The notes under the pieces are model-generated. The model saw nothing but the letters and a program-made list of their open reading frames with translations, was not told the origin of the DNA and did not search any database. Positions 1 to 13,000 of a stretch of DNA of 64,000 bases are shown here, piece after piece. A program made the position numbers and the translations under genes. This DNA is from Dimorphilus gyrociliatus (lineage: Eukaryota; Animalia; Annelida), in the NCBI GenBank assembly GCA_904063045.1, contig CAJFCJ010000009.1, forward strand, positions 724,942 through 788,941, in the 5' to 3' direction. The number at the start of each line of letters is the position of its first letter. Position 1 is the first letter of the stretch.

Positions 1-228
1 ATAAATAGAAGCTCTTTCAAACTATTTATTCTACCGTACTCTTTTGCATTACCACCATCAATGTCAAGTACTATTTCAATAAGTTAGAATAAATACTTTT
101 CATATATATATATTTCAACTGAATTTTCACATTTTATTAAGTAATAAAATGGATACTAGTTACTATTCGTTTTATCTTTTATGGTGCATATATGTTATTT
201 TTTTAATCAGCTCTCCAATGATTTTGTT

Positions 229-2554
229 CTACATTCTGAAGACTCCAAATTTGGTTTTCTCTACAGGAGCATTTAATGATGCTGATAAACTCAAACCCAA
301 TATATCTCTTGTTGCAGTTGGATCGATAACTCCGTCGTCCCATAATCTTTAAATATAAAATTAATCAAGTTACGAAATGAATTGAAATAGTCTCTTGTCA
401 GAGAAAACACTATCCTACCTAGCACTGGCGTAATATGGATGACCCTCTTTTTCGTACTTTTTGATAATTGGGGCTTTTAGAGCTTCTTCCTCTTCATCAG
501 TCCACTAAAAATAGAAAAGAGTTAATTTAAGCAAAAAATTAAAGGCCTAAAGTATCTTCTTAAAGGCTTACAGTCTTTCCTTCTCTTTCTCTTTGCATTT
601 TTGACACTGTTGCTAAGACTTTAGCTGCTTGTTCACCACCCATAACTGAAATTCTAGAGTTGGGCCACATGTACAAAAATCTTGGGCTATATGCTCTACC
701 ACACATTCCGTAATTTCCTGCACCATAACTTCCACCAATGAGAACTGTAAATTTTGGCACTTTAGCACAAGCAACAGCGGTAACCATCTTGGCACCATTT
801 TTAGCTATGCCTCCTGCTTCGGCTTCTCTTCCAACCATAAAGCCTAACGATTTAGAAATTTAATGATGACAACTGACAAAATATTACCATCTTACCAGTG
901 ATATTTTGAAGGAATAATAATGGGATTCCTCTTTGACAGCAGAGCTCAATGAAGTGTGTGCCCTGAAGATGACAGAGAAGGACTAAATGTATGAATTATA
1001 AATAATTAAGCTTAATTTACTTTCAATGCGGATTCGGAAAATAAGACACCGTTATTGCCAATTATTCCAACAGGAAAACCCCAAATTCTTGAGAATCCTG
1101 TCACTAAAGTATCCCCATACATCTCTTTGAATTCGTCAAATTTACTTCCATCGACTATTCTTGCTATTACTTGTCGAATATCATATGTTTTTTTCAAGTT
1201 AGATCCTACAATACCATACAACTCTTCTGCTGGATATAAAGGATCTTCTGGCTTCTCAATAGTAATGTTCATATGTTTTGAGCGATTCAAGTTTTTAACT
1301 ACTCTTCTAGCTACATGTAAAGCGTGTTCATCATCCAGAGCATAGTGATCAGTTACACCGGATTTTCTGTGAAAGTTTTTAATAAATTATGCTTAAAGTT
1401 GAACCAAAAAATTACTGCCAGTCTTACCCACAATGAAGGTCAGCTCCTCCTAAATCTTCGTCAGTAACGTCTTCACCAGTGGCTGCCTTTACTAGAGGAG
1501 GACCACCTAGAAAAATTGTTCCTTGATTTTTGACAATAATAGATTCATCAGCCATTGCTGGTACGTAAGCACCGCCAGCCGTACAACTTCCCATTACAAC
1601 AGCAATCTGAAAGTTAAGATAATCGATTTTTTTTTAGGATAATAAGGCTTTAAGATCCAATGAATACCTGTGGAATTCCCATAGCGGATAAACTTGCTTG
1701 ATTATAGAAAATTCTTCCGAAATGTTCTTTATCAGGGAAAACATTGTCTTGTCGGGGTAGGTTTGCACCACCAGAGTCAACTACAAAAAATAAATAAAAA
1801 CCTATATGAAATAGCCTTTCTACAACAATAAAAAGAAATAGACAAGCGATACTTACCAAGATATATACAAGGAAGGTTATTTTCTCTGGCGATTTCTTGA
1901 GCTCTTAAGTGTTTCTTAACTGTTATAGGATAATATGTACCTCCTTTCACTGTTGGATCGTTGCAAACAATCAAGCACTCAGTCCTGTAAATGTCACATA
2001 AATAAAATATGGAATTTTCTTACGACAAAACTTATACAAATTTACCCAGACACTCTTCCTATTCCAGTAATAATACCTCCAGCAGGTACACTATCTTTTC
2101 CATATAAATTATGGCCAGCTAATTGAGACAGTTCAAGAAATGAAGAGCTATTTTTATGAAAAAAATTTTTTTAAAATTATGTTTACATGACATTTTGCCT
2201 TGAAAATTGCTTACCCTTCATCTATGAGCGTGTTTATCCTTTCTCTAGGCAATAATTTTCCTCTAGATAAGTGTCTTTCAACGGCTTTTGGTCCTCCACC
2301 TTGAATAATGGTATTGACGTCTGATTTTAAAGTATCAACTATGTTTTTCAGACTGTCATAGTTCTCCTATATAGATAAAGCTCGTTATTTAAATTTAACA
2401 AGTACGCAGCAACCTATAGAACCTGATATTCTGCCGAAGACTTATCTATTGTAGAGGCAATGACTTGGGAACTTTCCGTGCATATTTTGCGTCTTCCTAA
2501 ATGTAACATGCATCTTAAGGAAGATCTACTACCTAGTTTCCTAATCGTATACAT
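229..2554 (-). CDS. MCCC2: Methylcrotonoyl-CoA carboxylase beta chain, mitochondrial (multi-exon)
   Basis: Spliced exons read MYTIRKLG..., [70 protein letters not shown] and end LWDDGVIDP...[11 protein letters not shown] at 2552-2554, TAG at 229-231, GT-AG introns. Confidence 0.97.
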
Positions 2555-2899
2555 TTTAATAAAACTGGTTGTTATTTCAAAGGTTAATAGTAATGACTTT
2601 TAGCTAAAGTTCAATTCCGAAGTAAAACATACATAAAAATTTGACCAGTTTACTCGTGCTATATAGGCTTACATGTGATCAAAATATGATACATTTCTAT
2701 TCGAGATTACTCTACTGGATTTAATTTAAATATTTTCAAATATCAAGAGTACATTTAGGAACATGAATATTACAATAACTATTTAATAAAAGTACTAAGT
2801 TTACTCTATATGTAAAATTAGAAATTTTTTTATTCGGGTATACGATAAACCAACAAAAATAGAAAAAAAGTCAAAAATTTTTATCCCATTATTATTCAA

Positions 2900-4721
2900 C
2901 TATTTCCCTTTTCCTTTTCCTTTTTTTAAACTACCATATTTTTTAGCCATTGCGCTTTTCATTTTTAGTTTCTTTTCTTTTTGGCGTAACTTCTTCTTCT
3001 TTCTCTTCTTCCTTTCCATAATTTCATCTAAAATGGTTTTGGGACCAGACTTCTTTTTAGACTTTGATTGATCTTTTTCAGATCCTGTCGAATCGTTTTT
3101 CTTCGATTTTTCAATTTTTTCCCTCCTAGCTATTTTTCTCTTCATCATTGCAAATTCTAGTAAAAAAAAAGTATATTGTAACATGCTTTTCCAATTTTTC
3201 GCAAACAATTAGCTTACCAGGATCTGGATTTTCTCCAACTTCCTCTCTATAATATGCCTCGTCATCGTCACTCTCACTTTCCTGTTCATCTTCATGTTTT
3301 CTTTTCATACCTGCAAGAGTTTTCTCTTTCATTTCATTTTTCAGCTCTTGTTTCTTTTTAACGTTTGCTTCTTGTTGTTGCTTTCTTTGCAGTTTCAATA
3401 GTCTGAAAACGAATAGATATATAAATATAGATTTTACTTTGTCTTGGGTCAAAAGATGTGTTCTACTTTTTCTTTTCTCTCATTTTATTTATTTCTTCAA
3501 GTTCTTCTGGTGTTTTCTTGATGATATCGTGATAGAGGACTTCCCCTTCTCCAAGTCCATCCTCGATCTAATTTTAATACTTCATTTATAAAATCTCTAT
3601 ATAAAGACTGTTATATATTTACCTTCATTAGTTTTAGAGTCAAACGTGGCCCAATTTCAGTTAATCGAATTGCGCTTTTTGCAGACTTGATATTTCCTCT
3701 TCCTGAAACTTTTTGAGGTAAGAAAACTTGATTGAAATCCCCATCTAACTCTGCTTCGCTTTCAGAAAAATCTCCACCACTGTAGAACAATGCAAATGTT
3801 ACTATAAATAATACTAAATTCCAAAATATACAATTACTTTGTTAGCAAATCGCTCATATCTTGCATTCTACTCAAGTTGGGAATTTTTGCTTTGATTAGT
3901 TTCTTTACTCCTCTTGACATACCAAGAGGAACAACCTTTACATTGCTGTAATGCAAACTTGTTAGCTTCTCTAAGAAGAAAAGAACCATGGTAAAACTTA
4001 CTAATGGCGTATATCAATAGTAGAATCTTCAGCATTGTAATTTATAAGAACGCATCTTCTAATTGTGCTCAAGTTGACCTAAGAATTCAAAAATGTTTCT
4101 CTTTAGATGTTGAATAAGAAATATCAACAAGATATAACGCACCTTTAGAACATTTATGGAAGGAAACATATTTTGAAAAACATCAGATAAAAGTTTGAAA
4201 TGCATTCCATTTCCAGTAAACCCGCTCATAACTAATAAAGGATGGTGAGTAAATTGCTTTGATTCCATGGAAGGTTTTTTCAAACTAGTGAGAACATCCT
4301 TATTAAGAGAGTATTTTATTACTCTAAATGTCAGAGTGGGTCCTCTAGGAACCCTCATGACTCTTAAATTTAAATAATCTTCAGTTTTTGTCAAAATCAT
4401 AAAATGTGTAACATGGAGTAATCCAGAAACGTTTACAAAGTCTTTTAAAACATTAGATCGCATCACTTTTAAATTTTTGGCTGTATAGGGTTCCATCATT
4501 AATCTGAGGTTTGCTACTAACTCAACAACTGATCTTCCAACAGTGCCTTTATGAAAAATAAATGAATGAGGAGCACTTTTGTAAATTTCTTCATCATTTC
4601 CAACTTGTCCTTTTCGAGCTTTCCTCGCAGATTTTCCGCGACGCTAGCAAGTTAAAATATTTAATATAATTAATAACAATTGTAATTTAAATGTTTATTT
4701 TATTACTCGATGCCGCCCCAT
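2900..4721 (-). CDS. PPAN: Peter pan / Ssf1 Brix-domain ribosome biogenesis protein (multi-exon)
   Basis: MGRHR|RRGKSARK...APHSFIFHKG...MMEPYTAKNLKVMRSNVLKDFV...PRGPTLTFRV, a later ELGPRLTL-like sigma70-like motif, and a Lys-rich C-terminus ending at TAG 2900-2902. Confidence 0.93.
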
Positions 4722-4750
4722 TTTCTTGTAAAAACACTTCGGTAGATTCT

Positions 4751-4811
4751 CACGTGTATAAACTGATAAATTCCCTACAATACGATTCGGAAATTGCAAC
4801 AAAATCACGTG
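4751..4811. promoter_or_regulatory. Two CACGTG E-boxes upstream of PPAN
   Basis: CACGTG at 4751-4756 and 4806-4811, 30-90 nt upstream of the PPAN ATG. Confidence 0.55.
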
Positions 4812-5110
4812 GTAACATGGACAATGAATACCAGAACAATTTTCGATGCCGACTATTTTAAATGTTGAGAAAACCTATTTTGTTCTTTTTGAACGAAGGC
4901 TAAAAGTATATATATTAAACTCTACACTTTTCAAGCCCGAAAATTTTTATTTGAAGACAAAAGAGAGTAAAAAATGTAGTTTTGAAAATATTTTATAGCT
5001 GTTCAAAGTTTTCAAATTGATTTATTGTAGTATAACTGAAGTTAGTTTATGCATTTTATAAAAAGGTTCGATCCCATATAATTTACAATATAGATTAAAT
5101 GAGCAATAAT

Positions 5111-6163
5111 CTAATCTTTAACTTCCTGAAAAGCGGCTACTAAAGCTGATAGCTGAATCTTATCGGAAGAACCCACCAACAATCTTTCTTCAATTTCTGC
5201 CATTTTATCAATGATGTTTATTCTCAATCGGGAAGGCATATTAATTCTGTGAACGAAAAGATGAAGATCTGTTAAGATATCTTGTAGAGCATAGCCGCGT
5301 GTTTGCAATAGGGTGAACGTATTTCGAAAGGCTTGCATAAAGTCATGATTAAAGAGCCAATCAGCAATTTCTTCCACATGGGATGGAAGAGGATGACCAA
5401 CACATGTGTATACGCTTTCCTCAGTAATAATTTCATCGCTTGCCATTGAACAAGTTTGTAGTATATTTAGCACCCTTCTCATATCACCCTCTGCTAGGGT
5501 TAGCAAGGCTTTTTCACCGTTTGGATCTAAGGAGAGGTTCTCTTTTTTACAAACTTCGTGTAGTCGAGGAAGTATTTGGTCCTTATTAAGAGGCGAAAAT
5601 CGAAATCTTGTACAACGCGATTGAATAGCGGGAATAATTTTTGATAAATAATTGCAGATTATGCAGAATCGCGTTGTCTCAGTAAAGCGTTCAATAATAC
5701 GTCGAAGCGAGTTCTGAGCATCTTTTGTCATCGCATCAGCTTCATCAAGTATAATCATTTTAAAAGGATAATTTCCGGCAGGTTTCGTGCCTATTATAGA
5801 AATACTAGATTTAATATTTTACATTAATTGACAGGCATTGTTATAACCTGCAAAGTTCATAATTTTATTACGAACTGTGTCAATACCACGATCATCGGAC
5901 GCGTTCAATTCCAGTACGTGTGATGTTATTTCGCCAGGTTTGTAAATTTGCTTGGAAATTGCCAAAACAGTACTTGTTTTTCCAGTACCAGGAGGTCCGT
6001 ACAATAATAAGTGAGGTAATCTATCCTGGGCTAAGAAACGATTAATCGTAGAAATAATATCATCGTGAGATATAAGCTCTTCCAATTTTTTAGGTCTATA
6101 TTTTTCTACCCAAGGTAAATTATGCGTTTCAGAAGTTTTAGTTGCTTCGCCGGTTGCCTCCAT
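5111..6163 (-). CDS. RFC5: Replication factor C subunit 5 (2 exons; intron 5791-5847)
   Basis: PWVEKYRP, LPHLLLYGPPGTGKTS (Walker A), LELNASDDRGI, IILDEADAMT (Walker B) and SRC motif (IQSRCTRFRF). Confidence 0.95.
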
Positions 6164-6257
6164 TTTTTCAGCCGGAAGGGGAAATACAATATTTTTCAAT
6201 GAACTCCGAAAACGGAAGTAGTATACTGCAACAGCGCCACTCTTAGGCAAAACAAAC
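6164..6257. promoter_or_regulatory. Minimal bidirectional promoter between RFC5 and FAM8A1
   Basis: Only 94 nt separate the two divergent start codons. ETS-like CCGGAAG at 6172-6178 and ACGGAAGT at 6212-6219. Confidence 0.6.
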
Positions 6258-7517
6258 ATGGAGGGTATAGGAGTACGTCAGCGCCTAAAAGAAGAGAAAA
6301 TTGATGAAACTGCAACACCCCATCAACTAAATGAAACTAATATCCTCGACTTTAACAAATTACCAAATATCGACAACTGTCACCTAAAAACAGGAAAAGA
6401 TGAGAAATTCGAAACCATGACTGAATATGCCACTGCTCTGCAAAAATGGATGGTTCAATATAGTGCCTGGTGCATGTTTCAGTCAATTGCTCTAGCTCCA
6501 AACACTAATACATCAAATAGAGAACAGAAGGCAACTAGTCAATCGCAAACTCAACCTAACCAGAGCCAACCGGAGCAGCCACCAACAATTCAAGAAAGAG
6601 GTGTGCTCAACATACGTTACCTACGATTACTTCTTTTTATATTTATGTTTGTTGAAATGTTCATCATACTTACAGAAATTTAACATTTTCAGAGTTTCTT
6701 GTTCCGTCATTATGGAAACGAGTGACTGCTGAATTCATTGACTTTTTGTTACTTTTTATCGTTAAGCTGACAGTGACAATGTACATTGTAGAGCAACTGG
6801 AATTAGTGTAAGTTTTACAGTAATATAAAAAAAAGAACACAATTTAGAATAAACCATTTTTAAAAAAAAGGCTATATAAAGTTTTATTATCCATAGCAAT
6901 CTAGATAATCTTGATCTGGATACTATACTAAATGATAAACTAGATTATGACAAGGCAGTTAACATGACTTGGGAATTGGTCGCAATTGAACTAATTAATA
7001 GAATATTCATAAGTATTTTCGAGGTAATCTATCTTTCCATTTTCATTTTTTCATTATAAAAATGCAATTTAATACGCTATATCAACATTTTTTTTTACAT
7101 AGACATTATGTTTGAGAAAAGGTATTATTGAAATGGGTGGAGCCACACCAGGTAAAAGAATGATGGGTTTAGTAGTTGTGTCATGTGATAGTGCAATAGC
7201 TGTTAATAATAATGTTATTAGGGTAAGACCAGCTAGTGATATTGGCTTTAAAAAGTAAGTCTATAAATGTAAATATTTAACTTGTGTATTTATTCGCAAT
7301 TCTTTTCAGTGCCCTATTTAGGTCAATTATTAAAAACTTCTCAATGGCATTCTTCTTTCCAGTTTGCTTAACTGTATTTTGTTTCCAACACGGACGTTGT
7401 GCTTATGACATTATTAGTAATTCAATTGTAGTTGAAAGAAGGCGCTCAAATCATATCAACATCAACAACAATAACAATATCATCAACAATAATAATAATA
7501 ACAATAATAATCGTTAA
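6258..7517 (+). CDS. FAM8A1: FAM8A1 (RDD-domain ER membrane protein, HRD1 cofactor), 5 exons
   Basis: Spliced product contains EFLVPSLWKRVTAEFIDF, GGATPGKRMMGLVVVSCD and ALFRSIIKNFSMAFFFPVC...FQHGRCAYDII, matching the FAM8A1 pattern. Confidence 0.88.
7458..7511 (+). repeat. AAC/AAT trinucleotide tract encoding poly-Asn at the FAM8A1 C-terminus
   Basis: Sequence translates as NINNNNNIINNNNNNNNN just before R*. Confidence 0.9.
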
Positions 7518-7610
7518 ATCAAATAATTTATTTACTCAAATGAAAAGAAATGGTTGAAAAGAGAATACATGCAATTTTTATTACCAAAACAAATTATTTT
7601 TTATGAATAA

Positions 7611-9501
7611 TTAGTTAATAGCACTCCATAAAACATTACTACTAATTGATGGTAAATTTTGGCCTTGTTGTTGGGACAAATTGTTATAAAATGAAAGAAT
7701 ATGAGAAGGTAATTCGCAACTGAAAGGCTCCGAATCGCTATATAGACAGATACTTCCCTTATGCATTTTTAACCCTTCAACTGGACAATCTTCAATATCC
7801 ATTCCTTGAAGTAGAAGCATCATATCTTCAATGGGGAATTCTCCACTTTTCAACGAGTATACCGATACAGTTTCCATGTAATGCTGAACTTGTTTGAAAT
7901 CCTGCTTATAAACACGATTTCCTTTCGTTCTCTGGCAAGCATTTTCTATTCTTTTCGGAATATAGGATAGCCATATTCTCCTTTTACTATACTTATCAAC
8001 AATTTGGATAGAGAGGATATTAATAATATGTTGACGTTTACTATCTTCGTCCAAAGAAGGAGACCTTCTGGAATCAATTGAGGGTTTCGCAAAGCTCTTT
8101 AAAGGCAGCAGTTGCATATTATTTTTGCTGGAAGCCGATGATCTTATAACGCTCAACTACATTTAAGATTATACGATTATAAAAGAGATTCACCGTAATA
8201 TTCATGAATTATGACGTAATAGTTTTACCTGATTGCCTGAGCTTCGATCCGAGCTTGTTTGATATCCAGCACGATCCAATTCCAACAACAATCGAAAATT
8301 ATGTAATATTAAAAAGGGCATAATAATGAATAAACTTAGTAGAGTAATAGTTAAGCAAATAACAAAAACAAACAAAGACATGATGAAAGACAATCCGGAT
8401 CCTATAGAATGGAAAAGTTACGTAATTGTAAATATAATTAAAATGGTTTTAAACCGAACCTACGTGATTTGTATGGTCGCCAACAAAATGACTCAAGTTA
8501 TTACTTTCCTCAGGATTAATAAAATAAAGAGTAACATGAGTTGAATTTACATTTCTCCAAAAGCTGCTAATCCCAAAGAAATTATTGTCACAATAGACTA
8601 TGGCAGAAGAATCTACTATATTCTATTAAATAGATTTTATTAATGTTTTTAAATTTATTTCCTTTCTATGATGTAAAATATGAATCTACTCTATAATGAA
8701 GAGGAACATTTGCACATTTAATCCTATTTAGACAATCTTGTAATTCCACTTGAATGTGCATCACTAAACCTCTATCCTCAAGAGGATTATATGTATTACT
8801 TGGTTTTTGTATTTCTAAATATAGTATTCTAATTTAGTTGTCAAAATATACTATAGTTTTCAAATACAAACTTGGATTCCAACCAATCAGGCGACAATCG
8901 CTGTCTCCTCTCTTTATTTCCCACGAATGTTTATGATAAACTTTATCTGATTTGAAAAATTCCTCTTCCATAAAGAGAACGGCTATATCCTTACCGATCT
9001 TTGTAACGGAAAATTCATTATCACCTTTATCAGTGATTACTAAAGATAAGCCATAGTTGGATAATAGCTGAATGGATTCTGATTTTCTTCTTTGTTCATA
9101 AGGTTCGTCTAATAAATTGGCATAGCGCCTTCCTGACATAACAATTAAACTAGTCTCGTTAATATACCTGTTACACAATTGAAATGGCACTAATAGTTGT
9201 CAACTTTAACAATTAAGAGTTATTAAAATAATTAAAATAGCAACCCATAGTCGTCAGCTATGCAAGATGCGGAAGATAGTACAATGTCCTGTTGAATTAA
9301 CATTCCGGTACATTGATTCTTCTCTGATCTTATTAGAACAAGCCACGGCGGTACCTTGAGAAGAGTTAAGCCTAATAGACATAATAATCAACAGCATTCA
9401 ACTCGAATGTCATTTTTTTTAAATATCAAATTTATAAAACCTTTTAATTTAATTCTCGTTAAAAAACAAAGAATCAATAAGCATTTTCCTTTCTTTATCA
9501 T
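7611..9501 (-). CDS. Orphan type-I membrane protein with a trypsin/chymotrypsin-like (probably inactive) ectodomain, about 496 aa, 7 exons
   Basis: Phase-consistent model: 9501-9441, 9371-9245, 9167-8872, 8814-8690, 8622-8460, 8401-8229, 8156-7611. It has a hydrophobic N-terminus, S1-like motifs PPWLVLI..CTGMLI..IVLSSASC, KDIAVL, CRLIGWN and DSSAIVYC..FGISSF, a TM helix (FIMSLFVFVICLTITLLSLFIIMPFLIL) and a ~200 aa tail. Confidence 0.7.
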
Positions 9502-10018
9502 TGTATGAGAATTTAATTAGGTTGATTATACTATACTACTTAATTATTTTAAGATTAACTAATGATGTGTTCAAAACGGAATGCTTTGAAATGACGAAAT
9601 ATATACTATTTATATACTTTATATTTATTTAAATATCCTTATTTATCTCTTCTTGTTAAACTTGCAAAAAAAAAAAAACAGAATCAATTCATTTGTTTGT
9701 TTACGTTTTAGAATCATTACTTTTATTGAAAGATAATAGCCGAATGCAATGTTCTTTCTACAGGGGAAGGAATTTTTAATGGCAGAATCTACAATAGAAC
9801 ATTATTCTACTTTCTAAAGAGAAGAGGAAAGAGAAACTACAGTAATATTGAACTTTTTAGTAAATTAAAAAAAAACTGATAAAAAACTTGTACACGATTT
9901 TTTAAACCTTTATTTAGTAGGTATGAATGGGACGGCATAATGTAAAAAGAGATTAAAAGAAAAAAAAGAATCTATTAAAGAGACCAAAGCGCCATCTATA
10001 AGACGAACAAAGCACAAC

Positions 10019-13000
10019 TTATTTACAAGTATATTCCGTAATCTTCTTACTACATCTGTTACATTTTACGTCGCAGCACCAAACAAACTTACAATCGCAG
10101 TCTTCCGTTACGTGTTTCTCGTATTTGTTAAATCCTCTCCCGCAACATAATAGCGAACAACCGTCCAGACCGGGTGAATTTTTATTGCATACTCTTCCAG
10201 TTGTTCCCACGCTTCCCCAACCCTTATCAGGTTCGCAGAAAGTTGGAGAATCGATTAAGTATATAAGATCCCTTTTAGAAGGTTCCTTTAAGCTTTTATC
10301 GACACGTTCAAATTTATTTAATCGTCTGTCAAATTTTACAAGAGTTGCTCCATCGAAACGTTCCTTAAGAACTTTGCCAATCTGACGGAAGGGTGCCATA
10401 TCTCTCCAGCATATCTTAGCCGAACAAGAACCGGAAACTCCATGACATTTACAACGATGTCTCATTGTCTTCTTGATTGCCTATTAAACACAGAAATACA
10501 TTTCAAAAAAGTTATTTAAATTCTTTTTTTATACAGTATATAAACTTTTTTAATAAATAAAGATGGCAGCACAAAATGTTTTGAAATCTTAGTCCTTGAC
10601 CGTTACAGATTTTCACCGCATACACTTGTCAAAGGCTCAAATATATACTGTGTTTAAGAATGGCGGAAAGCATAGAAGTCTATTACGATGTCGTTTCACC
10701 CTACTCTTGGCTTGCTTTTGAAATGGCTTGTCGTCTGAGGGAGGCTTGGCGAATTTCCGTCAAATTAAAGCCATTCTTCCTCGGCGGTGTGATGAAAGCG
10801 TCCGGCAACAAGCCGCCTGCTTTGGTCTCCCCAACTAAGGGAATGCATTTGCCAACCGACATCGCCAGATTAGCCAAGTTCTATGGTATTCCAATAAATC
10901 ATAACCCGGAAAATTTCGTTAGAGTTGCATTCAGTAAAGGAACTCTTGGAGCGATGAGATTCATCACTGCTGTAGATTTATGTTGTCCCGAAAAAACTGA
11001 AGAGCTATCCCGCCAACTATGGATCGCCTTTCACTCCCAGGGAAAGGACATTACAGAAGATTCTGTAATTAGTGAGGCGGCTCGTAAAGCCGGATTGACC
11101 GACAAGTGTATTGAAGAGTCACTTGCCGACTCTAGGTCCGCTACCACTAAAAACCGATTAGTTAGCTACACGCAAGAAGCAATTGAAGGCGGTAAGAAAA
11201 AATATTTAATCCCTTAATTTTCTCTTCGCAATCAATTTTTACATAACTTGAACGAAAAACTACAGGTGCGTTCGGAGCTCCCTGGATAGCTGTAACCGAC
11301 CGTAGCGGAAAGAAACATATGGTTTTCGGTTCGGACAGATGGGAAATAATCGCCGATCTTTTGGGAAAAGACTACCCGGGGCCGTTAAGACACTTGTCGA
11401 AACTATAATTTCTGCCATCATTTCCTAATAATTTCCAATGATTTTACAAATTTCTATTCATTTTAAAAGACATAAAAAAAAAAGAAACCTACTTTTCGAC
11501 CCGCCTTGTTGTTCCAGATATTCATAGAACCGTCTTCGTTCATAGATGATTCTTTACTATCGAGAAACTCTCTTGTAAACTTTTCGCTGAAACGAACGTC
11601 CACGGAACAACCTCCCCAAACAAATTTACCCTGGAAAAAGGAAGAAAGATTATAATGACTATATTATCTTTATCTTTCATCTTACATTCGTATTCCTTCT
11701 TCGCACTCTATGATCGCAGCCACAAATATTCATTTGTCCTTTTGAGCACGCCCTAGCTGCCGCATACATTACTCCGGCCGATGATATAGCATAAATATAA
11801 GCCTTCTCCCGTCCCTCTAAAAATATATAAATAAAAAAAAAAGACGTTAAAGGTGGCATAAGAAAAGATTTTAATTGATTCTGCCTTATACAGTATTTTT
11901 TACGCCTACTTAAACTTTTCAATTTTCGGCTAGAATTGTCGTTCAGAATGGGTTTTAAATCTTTCCAATCGGATTTAATAGAATATCTTTTTTTTGGTTA
12001 ACATTCAAACTTCATTAAAAAGTTCAATTATATAGGCGATTAAGAATTGAAAGGATGAAAGCGTCGTTGAGACTTAGAGCGTACGTTACACATATTTAAA
12101 GAAGAGATAAGATTTTTTTAAAAGAGAAGGAAATAGATTAAAAGATAAAATGATGAGAGTAAATTAATTAAATGTGATTAAAGTCGGGTTTTGTTAAGAG
12201 TAAAACTATCAATTAAAGGAAATTTAAATGTCAATAGCTTACTTGTCTTCGTTATGTTACCAAACACGTCAGTTGTATTATAGGTTGTACAATTCCATCT
12301 TCTATCAGAGAATTGATGCTGACACTCTTCAATACCGACTGAAGCTCCTTCGCTAATAACATCCAGAACGTTTCTAGACCTGTGGCATACTTTTCTCTGT
12401 TTTGGATGTAGAATATCCAAGTTTGTGCACGTTGTTGGGTTGGAAGAGAATGTTGTCGAACTTCCAGCAATACCCAAGTACCTGTTTTGTTTTTGTAAAA
12501 AATTTAAAGGAAAAGTTTTCAGAGGGACCAATTAATCTAAAACCGGAAATTTGTAGTTTGGGTATATTTTTTTAAGCGTAGATCCATAGTAAAAACAATA
12601 ATAAACGGTTTAATTAAAAGATCTAAACCTAGCTATCTGGATGGGAAAATACGCACGTTTTATCCATAACTAACCAAAGATAAATATCTAGTTATAAGGT
12701 AAAGTACAATATCAGTTTGTATTTAAAGCTTCATCTGGATCTTAATTAGGTCTCTAGGGAGGCAAGTGGAATGTTTTGCTTGTATCAAATACTCGAATCG
12801 TTCTAAGACTAATCAAGGGAAGGCGTGTGTTTTCGTGTTTATCCAGAACTTTTCGTTAGATTCCCCGTCGAGTTTGGGAATTGCGTCATAGAGTCAATTC
12901 AGTTTTTTAGTTTCGCGCCTGAAATCGGGCGTAAAGTGGCTATTGAAATCGCCAACTTTGTTAAAAGTCCCCTCTGGACAAGATCATTTACGATTTAATA

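Noticed and set aside
5065-5075. GGTTCGATCCC, resembling a tRNA T-loop/B-box
   Set aside because: The flanks are AT-rich with no acceptor, D or anticodon stems.
9200-9202. In-frame TGA after a 41-nt intron, suggesting selenocysteine in the pseudo-protease
   Set aside because: The downstream acceptor at 9168 gives a 77-nt intron and a stop-free in-frame junction (DDYG|YINET), so no recoding is needed.
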